Origin: Thecamonas trahens ATCC 50062
Lineage: Eukaryota > Protista > Apusomonadida
DNA: 64,000 bases
Reading direction: 5' to 3'
NCBI RefSeq assembly: GCF_000142905.1
Contig: NW_013657637.1
Coordinates: 62,001-126,000, forward strand
Shown one piece after another: positions 45,315 to 55,700 of this stretch. A model generated the notes under the pieces. The model was not told the origin of the DNA and ran no database searches. It saw only the letters and a list, made by a program, of their open reading frames with translations. How positions within the stretch are numbered: position 1 is the stretch's first letter; each line of letters begins with the position of its first letter. The position numbers and the translations under genes were made by a program.

Positions 45315-46083
45315 ATGGTACTCAAGTTTGTGGGCATTGTTACCGCAACCATTGTCATGGCCTTTCTCATTGGTGGCCTTGCTGGCGTACGCAGTCCCCT
45401 CTCATGACGACCCCCCGTGTGTGCCCCTACCTGCTGTTCCGCAACAGAGTGCTCCCCCTCCTCTCGCGCCCCCTCTCACCCCCCCTCCCCCCCATCACCT
45501 TCACGCAGGCCCTCTACAAGATCGAGGGTTCCGACACGCTGGGCGACTATACCACTCGTCTGTTCTGGCACAAGGCCGAGGCCAAGTACTCCTCCGGGAA
45601 CCTCAAGGGCACCGCGGTTACGCTCAAACTCAACAGGGACGACAACCCCAACCTCTATGCGCTCAACGACGGCATGCTCTCGATGATGATCTTTGCCTTC
45701 ATGGCCTCCATTGGCGCCCTGGTCGGCGCTGTCCTCTACGCCTTTGATCCGGTGCCGGCTGCCCCCGCTCGCTCTCCAAGCTCGTGGTCCTGGGCGCTGG
45801 CGTTGCAACCGCCGTCCTCATGCTCATCTACCTCATTGGTGTCGGCGTCGGCCTGCCTCCCGCTATTGAGAAGGACTGCAAGCGCACTAGCTCGAACTGC
45901 GAGGCCCCGGACTTCTTCGGCAAGAAGAACGGTGAGACGCGCTCGGGCGGAGAGGGCTACATTGTCACCATGGTCGCCATGCCGTTTGCCATTGCCACCG
46001 TGATCTGGATCTTCATCTTTGACGCCGAGGCCACCGATGGCCCTGCCACTAACGACGTCCAGATCTCCGAGACCAAGGCGTAA
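45315..46083 (+). CDS. four-TM claudin/amastin-like membrane protein; exons 45315-45386, 45509-46083 with -1 frame break near 45748
   Basis: TM1 MVLKFVGIVTATIVMAFLIGGLAG, extracellular loop, TM2, then TM3/TM4 in the shifted frame (LVVLGAGVATAVLMLIYLIG; GYIVTMVAMPFAIATVIWIF). Confidence 0.6.
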
Positions 46084-46383
46084 CCGTTGCTGAGTCTTGG
46101 GGCATAATTGGTACATACCGCTTGCACTTTAAACTCGCCCTCGAGCCGATCGCCCAAACTTCGAGGCGCTTCGCTTGGATCCTTGTCTTGAATGTGGAGG
46201 AGCGCGAGCGGCCGAGGCACGGCAGCGTGCTGCCAGGCGCTTCATTTGGGACGCAGTCGCTGGTTCTGCTGATTCTGCCGTCGCTAGAGGAGCTTGGCGC
46301 GCTCTGTGCCAAAAACGCCGAGCTGCGGATTTGCGCTGGGCACGCCGACGTAGTATGGTTGCGCGGCAACAGCAACCGACCGT

Positions 46384-48276
46384 CTACTCGGTGCAGACAT
46401 TGAAAATGATCGAACCAGAAAAGCCGGCTTCGCTCAGGCTCCCCGCCCCGCGGCCGTATTGCTTGCGCGGATAGGTGGAGGCGACGCCGATGACATTTTT
46501 GATGCCCTCGACCTCGAGCCAGTCGAGCACTGTGTCGAAGAGCGTGGCCGCCGTGAACCGGCGCTGCAGTCGCCCGCTCGACGTCCGTACTGCCACGGTC
46601 ACCACATCAGCGCCGTCGGCCTCGGGCTCGGTAGGCAGTGCGTCTTTGAGGCTGGCTAGCCGCGTGGCGGCGGCTTCGGCAGCGCGAGCCTCTTCAAGCA
46701 TGACGCGCTCGGCGGCGAGCTTGGCCTCGGTGGCCTTGGCCTCGGCCTCGGCCTTGGCTTTCGCCTTGGCGCGGTCGGCAGCGAGTGAGGCCTGGTACGC
46801 TGCGTCCTGCTGCTCCCGCATGGCGGTCCGCTCAGCGGCGAGTCGCTCGCGCTCGTCGCGCTCCGCCCGCTCGGAATCGGTCAGTGAGGCTTCGGCTGCC
46901 GCCGCAACTTTGAGCCGCTTCGACATTGCCACTCGCTCGTCGTCAGCCCGTCGACTGTGCGCTTCAGCGGCCTCTAGCACACAGGCAACCATGTCGTCGA
47001 CGGTGACGTAGCCGGTCCTTGCCGAGAGCAGTGCCATTTCGCCGTTCACGGCGCCCACACATGCCACCACCGGGTACTGGTCGATGACCAGCGATGCCCG
47101 CGAGAGCCCGGTCTCTGCCACCGCCGCAAGCTTCCGCACGTGGGGATTGCGCTCATCGGCGGCGCCGGCCACGTTGCGTGCCCACACTAGCGCGTTCATC
47201 ACCACCACTTCACGCACGTACTCGGAGCAGAGGATGTGCTCGCAGAATTGCTGCGAGAATTCGGCGTCCGAGTTGTGCAGAACAACAACCACAAACCGCG
47301 AGAGCGCCGTCGCAGAGTGGAACGCCTCCTCCAGCGCGCCATCAAAAAACGGCGGATGGCCCGTCCCAAACTCGGCCTCAAACGCAGTTGTGAACGCCTT
47401 GGCCTCTTTCCGCGCCTGCAACGCCGCTGACCGGCTCGGCGCCCGGACAACAGGCCCGCTGACCCGCGACCCGCGCCCTGCTGTCGCCGCGCTTCGCAGC
47501 ACCGCGCGAAACGCGCGCGCATCATCATTGCTGTTGCTCATCCGGTGGCTGCTCCAGTTGGAGGCCGTCGACGACGGCGGCGGTGCAGCAGCAGCCGCGC
47601 TGCTGCTCTCGCACACCGGCTTGCCGCTCATCGTCACGTCGTAGACCGGGACCACCATGTCCAGCTCTAGGAACGACGTGTCGTCGGTCAGCGCTGCCCC
47701 GTACGCCGTCACGCCCTCGATCACTTGGTCCGCCACCAGCACCCCGGTGTGCTCGTACACCTGCCGTTTGAGCTCTGCAAGCGTCGCCGCCCGCGGCAGC
47801 ACAACCTTGTAAGTCGTCGTTCGCCATCGGACCCGAAACGTCACCTTGTCCTCATCAATCGCGCTCACTCGGTCTCCTGTCGCCTCGGTCCCCGCGGTGT
47901 CGCCTCCGGCGGTGTCGCCTCCGACGGCATCGGCAGAGGCATCACCCTCCGGCTGGTCGCTGTCCGCCGGAAGCAGCGACATGAGCGTCGCCAGCAGCTC
48001 GTCCTTGGACATCGCCGCACTCACGCCGCTCACCCCCTGCACCTGCAGCATCTCCAGAAGCTGCCCCCATCCACCGCGACCTGGTGAGTCACCCTCCTCC
48101 CGGCCATGTTCCAAACTGCTCGAATCACCGCCTCCGCCTCTCCCTTTGCCGCCGCCTCTCCGTCACCGCACGGGCACCCACAGGCCAGCCACACGCCCCC
48201 TCCAGGCCATGCCTAACCGCTACACACACACATCCATACATACCGTCTCCTTGGGCCAGGTACGGAACTCGTCCAT
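46384..48276 (-). CDS. FAF1/FAF2-like UBX protein (helical N-terminus, ubiquitin-like, UAS, coiled coil, UBX); exons 48276-48244, 48060-46384
   Basis: HPPFFDGALEEA..FVVVVLH..FCEHIL (UAS); REQQDAAYQASLAADRAK; LPTEP..RLQRRF..TYPRK (UBX). Confidence 0.88.
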
Positions 48277-48333
48277 AGCTGCCTTGCTCCCGCCGGCTGG
48301 GTCACTCAACTGCTGCGGGTGGGAAGACAGCTG

Positions 48334-49806
48334 ATGCTCTGCGGCCTTCCGCCTGAGCTGCTCCACTATCTTGCGCTCCGCCGTGGGTGGCTCGACCCCC
48401 AAGACGTCCTCGCCCTCGCCTGCGCTTGCGCCACTCTCCACCGCCGCCTTCTTGCCCATCCGTTTGCCCGCGACTGCTTCCGCGCCCTTGCCGGCGTCTC
48501 ATCCGCCCTGGCGGCCCGCGCCTGGCGACCGGCTCGTCTCGCCGCCTCACGCACTGTCGTACTCCCGCGCTCGGCACCGCCGCCCACCCCGTGCGCCGAT
48601 CTGCGAAGCGCCCTTGCCGCCTGCCCCCCTCCGCCGCCGGCCGAGCTGGCCCTGTTGCTTGATGCGCTACTTGCTGCCGTTACTCGTACCATGCAGCTCG
48701 TCGAGCCCGAGCTCGCTGCAGATCTCATCGTCCTCGCCGCACGCTGCCCAGGGGCGGCCGCTTTCCTCCGCGCCTTCCTCGCCTCGCCGCTTGTCAAGTT
48801 GGCAGACCTTGAGTTTGTCATCAACGTCAGCGCGGGCGCGGCGGTGGCTGCTGGCCACGCAGATGCCTTTGCCGTCCTCTCTGCCGCCGATAAGCAGGGG
48901 TCGATCTGCGCCGCCACCATCCACGACTCTCTTATCACCGCGGTCCGTGCGGATGTTCCAGGTGCACTAGCGGCTGCGTTAGACTGGCTTGGTCTCTCGC
49001 CGTCGCGCGAGCTGATCGAGGCGTGCGCTCATGGCGCGCCGCGCGCCCTCGGCATACTCCTTGATCGCACGCCGCCGCGTGCGCTGCGACACGTCTTGCC
49101 TGACGGGCTGGGCACCGCTGCCGCTAACGGGCACGTCGACATTGTTGCCGTGCTCATGGCACAACCGCAGCTTGAGGTCTCACCTGCGCTTGCCGCTCGG
49201 GTGCTGGCCTCGGCCGCCGCCCATGGGCGCGTCGAGGTTGCTGCCCTGGTCTTGGATGCCTGGCGGACGACAGTCGATCTGAGCCTGGATGACTCGGCGT
49301 GCCTCACGGCTGCCACTAGCACGCACTCGGCGGCTGCTTCTGCTGCACTCATGGCCATGTTGTTGCAGGCACCGGGCGCCAATCCCACCGCCCGCAACTG
49401 CGAGGCCATCTCCCGCGCCGCCCGGTACGGCCTCCTTGCCAGCCTCGATGTGCTCCTTGATGCCTGTACTCCGGCCCCGCCGCCGCTCGCCTTGACTCGT
49501 GCTCTTGATGAGGCGCTCACCCGTGGCCATGCCGACGTGGTCGTGGCGGTCTGTGACCGCATCCGCGATCATTGCGACTCTTGCGCACTCTCACCCGATC
49601 TCGCATCGTCGCTCGCTGCCGCCATCAAGATCGGTCATGTGTCGGCAGTCACCGCCTTTACCACTAGCCTACCGGCAACCGTCTTTGACGCCGATGCGCT
49701 GGCATCCATCGTCGACAGTCTCCCCCTCGCTCCCGCCGAGCCTGCGGTTCGCGGGCTGGTGGAGGACGTCTGCGCTTGGGCTGCGGCTATCCAACGTGTT
49801 ATATAA
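48334..49806 (+). CDS. F-box-like / ankyrin-repeat protein
   Basis: N-terminal LCGLPPELLHYLA..LDPQDVLALACAC (F-box-like); ankyrin-like AAANGHVDIVAVLM, AAAHGRVEVAALVL, GANPTARNCEAISRAARYG. Confidence 0.75.
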   Translation: MLCGLPPELLHYLALRRGWLDPQDVLALACACATLHRRLLAHPFARDCFRALAGVSSALAARAWRPARLAASRTVVLPRSAPPPTPCADLRSALAACPPPPPAELALLLDALLAAVTRTMQLVEPELAADLIVLAARCPGAAAFLRAFLASPLVKLADLEFVINVSAGAAVAAGHADAFAVLSAADKQGSICAATIHDSLITAVRADVPGALAAALDWLGLSPSRELIEACAHGAPRALGILLDRTPPRALRHVLPDGLGTAAANGHVDIVAVLMAQPQLEVSPALAARVLASAAAHGRVEVAALVLDAWRTTVDLSLDDSACLTAATSTHSAAASAALMAMLLQAPGANPTARNCEAISRAARYGLLASLDVLLDACTPAPPPLALTRALDEALTRGHADVVVAVCDRIRDHCDSCALSPDLASSLAAAIKIGHVSAVTAFTTSLPATVFDADALASIVDSLPLAPAEPAVRGLVEDVCAWAAAIQRVI

Positions 49807-49842
49807 AGTTGGATGGTTTGCCCTTGGTTATCAACTGGGCAA

Positions 49843-49913
49843 GGACCTGTGGTGTAATGGCAGCATTGAGGATTCCAGTCCCTCAGATCGGAGTTCGATT
49901 CTCTGCGGGTCCA
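49843..49913 (+). tRNA. tRNA-Trp (anticodon CCA at 49875-49877)
   Basis: Cloverleaf: acceptor GGACCTG/CGGGTCC, D arm GTGT/GCAT, anticodon arm GAGGA-TTCCAGT-CCCTC, T arm CGGAG-TTCGATT-CTCTG, discriminator A. Confidence 0.85.
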
Positions 49914-49914
49914 G

Positions 49915-49924
49915 TTTTTTTTTT
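49915..49924 (+). terminator. RNA polymerase III terminator (T10)
   Basis: Oligo-T directly after the tRNA 3' end. Confidence 0.85.
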
Positions 49925-50058
49925 GTCGGTCTCGTGACCCTCCCAGCCCTCGTGACACGCACTCGCCGCCAACAACAACACACACGTCACATGACCTTGC
50001 CTCACATCCTGGAAGTAGCCACCCACTCGCAAGCCACCACACCTCTCCCTTTTGCCTC

Positions 50059-50875
50059 ATGCACACCGCCTGGCTTGTCCTGGCGGCGACAGCGCTGGTC
50101 GTGACCGCGCTTGCTCCGCCTGCAGCAGCTACCATCGACCCCAAGCGCACGCTCCTCGTCGACGCCGCCAAGGGTACGCTCACAGCCTCCCACGCCTTTT
50201 CTCCCCACCCGGGCGATCGTCACACTCACAACACTGCTGGTCGATGTAGAGTCGGGCAACTTTCTGTTCCGCACCAACATGCCGACGACGGCTAACGGAT
50301 CGTTTGCCTACGACCTGCTCCTCGAGTACATGCAGCAGCGGGCAGAGGCTGCCGGGCTCAGCTGGCCGGCGTCTGTGTACATTGTTGACATCTCGCTGCT
50401 CAACCCGACCGAGTTCAAGGACGAGGCCATCGAGAAGAAGTTCTTCAAGGCACACCCAGAGGCCGGCGAGTACATCAATTGGCCGATTGTGGGCGATGTG
50501 TCGAACCCGCACGAGCTTCCGCTGGACGTCGTCAAGGTGCTCGCCGAGCGCATGCACGATTGGGACTTTGACCAGCTTCCCAAGCGCATTCCGCTGGTTC
50601 ACGAGTGGCTACAGCAAAAGTACGATACCCCGCGGGCCTTTGTCTGGCACTGCGAGGCCGGCACCGACCGCACCGGCGAGGTCTCCGCCGCGTACTACAT
50701 GCAGTACTTTGGCTGGACGCTCAACCAGTCGCTCACCTACGACTCGCACGTCCACAACCGCCCCATCGAATGGCTCTCCCAGCATGGTGTCGCCTGGTAT
50801 TGCTACTACCTCCAATACGCTCTCGGTATGTCCGGTCTCGGCTGCGATGCCCCAATTCAGAGCCAGCAGTGGTAG
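50059..50875 (+). CDS. signal-peptide-bearing cysteine (PTP/DSP-fold) phosphatase; exons 50059-50173, 50250-50875
   Basis: P-loop VWHCEAGTDRTG; hydrophobic signal MHTAWLVLAATALVVTALAPPAAA; GT-AG phase-1 intron. Confidence 0.8.
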
Positions 50876-51411
50876 CCAGGCTGCCGCCCCAGGCCGCCAC
50901 CGGCCGAGCCACCCACCAACATGGCCCACGACCCCCCAGCACAGGATAAAACTACCTCGCGCGCTCGTTAGTACTGCTGGTTGCCTTTGTGACTCTTTCC
51001 GCGAGCCCCCTCACCCGCTGCATATCCAGCCAGTCGCCTGGCTGCAATCTGCAATCAGGCCCGGCCGTCGCACTTTGGCACTTTGTGCAGCCTCCCCCCC
51101 CCCCCCCCGGTCTCCCACCCTGACCGCCACATACCACCCCAGCCTCAGCTAACCATCCTATGCCTGTACCTATACCCTCTAAGCACTATCCAACCACTTC
51201 AGTTTACCCTGCACCACCTATGTAGTTCCCAAGCGCTTCCCCTTGGCTGGCCCGCTTCTGGATCTGTGGCAAAGTGCAAAGTGCAATCCGATTGCACTCT
51301 GCCAGTTTGCACTTTCGCGCACATGGTGCTTAAAACCTCGCGCAAAACGTCGCACCGGCAGCGAGTGCCCAAGTCATCCCACCAGCAACAAACAGTTCAA
51401 AAGACTCGATC

Positions 51412-52386
51412 ATGTTCACCAACCCTGCTTCCATCGACACCGGCGTTTCTCGTGGTGCCACCAACCCTGCTCGCCACATCGGCAAGTGTATTTACCCGTT
51501 TACCGACAAGGAGAACCGCACTTTTGCTCGCAACAACATGAAGGAGATCTTTGCCCAGTACTCGGACGAAAACGGCCTCATCACCCTCGCCAACATCCGC
51601 GACGCACTCAAGAGCATCATTCGCGTTAACGGCGGTTCTTGTACCCATGGCGCTGAGGTTTCTGCTGCTCTCGCTGACAGCTTTGACCTCGCCGCCGCCG
51701 CTGCCTGCTTCCACGCCGCCTTTGCCGCCCGCAAGCGGAGCAACCCTGCAGCATCGCACACCGCTGACGGCCGCAGCGACGCTAAGCGCCACAACGAGCG
51801 CGAGCGCTTTGAAACCTACGGCATGGTTGATGCCCAGGTTTTCATCTCGATGTACCTCGAGCGCATCCACCGGACCGCCTCCCGCCGCGCCAGCTACCAC
51901 GCCCACAACGCTGCTGCCAAGCTTGAGTTTGAGTCGACCGACTTTTGCTCGCTCGCAGAGATGACTGCCGCCCTCACCGCGATCCGCGCCCCGTTTGCTG
52001 ACATCTTTGTTGACCACGCCGCAAGCACTGTCAACGCGCAGTTCCTTGCCGACGACATCAGTGATGATGATGACGACGAGGCTAACGCTGGCGACACCAT
52101 CGCCATGGACGAGGCCCCGGCGGTCGAGACTGTGGCCTTCAACGCGCTCCTTGGCAGCAGCAAGCAGCACTCTGACACCGCCTCTCTCGACTGGTTTCCC
52201 TCTCTCGAGAGCATCTACGACTCTGGCTTGGTTGCCATGGACGTCGGCGACCACGATCAGGCGGCACCCGTCCCTATCCATACCGCGGACTTTGATCCGA
52301 CTGACCCGTTCAACATGGGCTTTTCTGTCGCAACGTCTCACCAGCGCGAGTTTGACACCTTTGACCCGCTCGAGTTCCTCAACTAG
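51412..52386 (+). CDS. hypothetical protein (324 aa; helical N-terminal region, acidic C-terminus with FDP/DPF motifs)
   Basis: ORF with genome-typical codon use; no domain recognised. Confidence 0.7.
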   Translation: MFTNPASIDTGVSRGATNPARHIGKCIYPFTDKENRTFARNNMKEIFAQYSDENGLITLANIRDALKSIIRVNGGSCTHGAEVSAALADSFDLAAAAACFHAAFAARKRSNPAASHTADGRSDAKRHNERERFETYGMVDAQVFISMYLERIHRTASRRASYHAHNAAAKLEFESTDFCSLAEMTAALTAIRAPFADIFVDHAASTVNAQFLADDISDDDDDEANAGDTIAMDEAPAVETVAFNALLGSSKQHSDTASLDWFPSLESIYDSGLVAMDVGDHDQAAPVPIHTADFDPTDPFNMGFSVATSHQREFDTFDPLEFLN

Positions 52387-52749
52387 CGCCTCCCTAAAGA
52401 CGACCTCCATCAGCAGCCACCAGCAAACGACACCGCTGTTTTGCGCCGTGACGACAGAATAGCACGCACGAAATGTGCGTTCATTGGCGAAACGGGCAAA
52501 CACAAGTTTGCCGCAAGTGCAGCCACCCACTGTCATTGGACCGCACCAGCCAACGAGACACCAACGCTCTCTCCCCCCCCCCCCCCCTCCCCGTCCCTCG
52601 TCCTCTTGCCCACACCACACCGCACGACTAGGTTGAGCCTTGCAAGCACCGACTGTCACCTCCGGCGCTACCTCCCCCCCCCCCCCCCCCCCCCCCCCAC
52701 CAGCCGCAACCCCAGCACCTCGCTCGGCCTCCACCACCCGCTTCGCATC

Positions 52750-55700
52750 ATGTCGACGACGGCGTTCAACTGGCGGACGACCCACATTCTTGGCCCGGTG
52801 GTCAACAACATCTACTCGCGGTCGCCCGTCAATGCGCTCCAGGTGCGGGACGACCGCCTACTGGTGGGCTTCTCCGACTCGACCGTCCGTCTCTTCGACC
52901 GGGCTTCGGGCATCCGGATGTGGACGCTCGAGGGCCATGGTGGGCCTGTCAACTGCCTCCACTCGTCCAAGACCCGCATGGTGACAGGCTCGGACGACAA
53001 GATGATCAAGGTGTGGGATATGCGCGAGGGCCGATGCCTCCTCACGCTTGAGGGCCACATCGCGCCCGTGCTCTGCGTCCGCCTCTCAGACCGCCACATC
53101 CTCTCGGGCGGCCGCGACCATACCATCAAGGTGTGGGACAAATCGACCGGCTATTGCCTCCGTACCCTCCGTGGCCACACCGGCCGCATTGTTGACCTCC
53201 AGCTTGGCGCTGGCTCCGGCTCGCAGTTTTACACCTCGTCGACCGACGGGACTATCAAGCTCTGGGACGTCCGCTCCGAAAACCGCATCCGCTCGTACAA
53301 GGGCCACAAAAAGGCCATTGTCTCGTTCCACCACGAAGAAGCCACTCTTATTTCTGCTGCCGACGACGGAACCATCAAGTCTTGGGACTGTGCCACCGGC
53401 AAGTGCTCGCTCACCTTGCGGGTCGGCTCGGAGCGGGAAATCCCACAATCCATCCGCATCCGCAACGATCTGCTCTTCTGCGGCGAAGCCTCCGGGACCA
53501 TTCGCATTCGCGAGGCCTCCACCGGCACGCCCGTCCGCTTGCTCGAGGGTCACGCTTCGCGTGTCGCCGCTCTCCAGGTCGAGGACTTTGAAATCTGGTC
53601 TGGCTCGTCCGACTCGACTGTCCGCCGCTGGTCGACCGAAGATGAGGTCCGCATCTTGCTCGAGCGGATGAAGACCGAAGAGTTTGAGGTTGTTGACAAC
53701 TCTGTCCTCTCCTCGAACACCTTTACCGGCGACCTGACTTCGCCCGGCCCGGCATCGCCGAGCGGCGGTGCGCCGAGCGGCGGTGCGCCGTCGTCTGCTG
53801 CCACCTCGTCAGTGGCACCGTCGGCCGTTGATGCCGGCAGCTCAAGCTGTCGCGACTCGGGCAGCCTGGCGGCAGTGACCGTTCCATCCTCCTCGATGAC
53901 GCCGCTCGCCTCGGGCCTCTCCACCACCTCGTTCTCCGCGGCGGGGCCGGGCTCGCCTGGTGGCGTGCTGGCGCCCGACGGGCCGCCAGGCCCCGCAGTT
54001 ACACTCTCGTCTGCGCTCCAGGGCACGACCGTCGAGCCGGCCTGGGCTGTTGGCGAGTTCGTGGTAACCGACCTCGCGTCGGGTGACTCGCCCATCCTCT
54101 GCTGCGCGCTCTCGCGCGACTACATTGTTTACGGGACCGAGGATGGTCAGATTGTCATTGCCGATCGTGGCTCGCCGAGCTCGCGGCGGACAAAGATGTG
54201 GACCTCGCCTATCCGCGCCATCTTTGTCGCCGCCATCGGCGTCGGTTCGGGCGCTGACGACGGCTCGGTCGCGCTCTGGTCGTCCGGCTCGGGTACCGCC
54301 GTCTGGTCGGTCCAGCACCATATCGGCGCCGTCAACGCGCTGCAGACGAATGGCAAGTTTGTGGCCTCAGGCTCACAGGACGGTTCGCTCAAGGTCATGA
54401 ACGCCGCCGACGGTATCCTTGTCCACTCGCTCACCGACCACTCGGGCCCAGTCACCACCCTCCACTTTCTGGCCACCACCATCGTGTCCGGCGCCGCCGA
54501 CGGCAGCCTTGCCATCTGGAACGCCACCTCGGGTGAGGTTGTCAAGGTTCTCTCCGGCCACAAGGGCGCAGTCACCGCGCTCGAGTTTGATGACCTGGAG
54601 GTGCTCTCGGCCTCCGAGGACGGCACCATTCGCGTGTGGGACGTGGCTACCGGCGAGTGCGTCCGTATGTACTCGCTTGGCGAGGGCGAGGCCCGCATTA
54701 ACTGTCTTCAGTTTGACGATTCGAAGATTGTCCACGGTCTCGCCAATGGTAACCTCGTGGTCCGCGATATGGAGACCGGCGAGTCGGTCCGTGTCCTCAC
54801 TCGCCACTCTGAGTCGGTCACCGATCTCGCGTACGACGCCAACGTTATTGTCTCGGCTTCGCGCGACGCCTCGCTTCGAATGTGGACCTTTACCGGCGCG
54901 CCTGCAGACTCGGGCGGCCTCGCCCGCAGCGACATTGCTGACAAGGTCGAGGCTCGGATGGGAGAGATTATGGCCCGTGCCGGCCCGTCAAGTGGCAAGC
55001 CGGGCGACAGCCTACGCGCCGGCGCCTCCGGCACCACCTACTCGCCGGGTACAAGCCCTGGCGGTGGTGGTACGCCCTCGTCGCTCGCTGTCAACTCAAC
55101 CAGCAAGCATCTCGAGCTCTCAGAGCTGGCCGAGTGGTCGCGGGCCGAGTGCAAGAAGCGGACTATCAACCGCGGCAAGAACACTGCCATCAACTGCCTG
55201 CACTTTACCGGCGACTCGTTGGTGACCGGTGGCTCAGACGGTGTCGCCAAGATGTGGGACATCAACACGGGCTCGCGGCTCAAGACCTTCCGCGGCCACC
55301 TCGGCGCCGTCAACTGCCTCCGCTTCTCTGGCGACACCCTTGTTTCTGGCGACGACCTGCACGTCCGGGTCTGGTCCATGGCCTCCAACTCGTGCGTCGT
55401 CACCCTTGATGGCCACGAGGGTCCCGTCCTCTCGCTCGGCTTCAACTCGGAAGTCATCGTCTCGGGCTCCCGCGACCACACGCTCAAGGTCTGGGACCTT
55501 GAGACTGGCCGTCTGCTGCGAACGCTCAAGGGCCACAACGGCCGCATCACCGACCTCGTCCTCCGCGACCAGATGATTGTCTCGGCCTCGACCGACGGCA
55601 CGCTCAAGCTGTGGGACATCAACACGTCGCAGCGGGTTCGCTCGTTCAAGGGCCACACGCAGGGCGTTAACTGCTGCTCGGTGGTCTCCACCTCGATCGT

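Noticed and set aside
13522-49806. An endogenous giant-virus insertion
   Set aside because: The virus-like genes are scattered among housekeeping genes with host GC content and introns. No capsid, polymerase, packaging ATPase or integrase was seen.
49868-49884. Reading the tRNA as Gly(TCC)
   Set aside because: Centring the loop on TCC destroys anticodon-stem pairing; the CCA register gives four pairs and U33.
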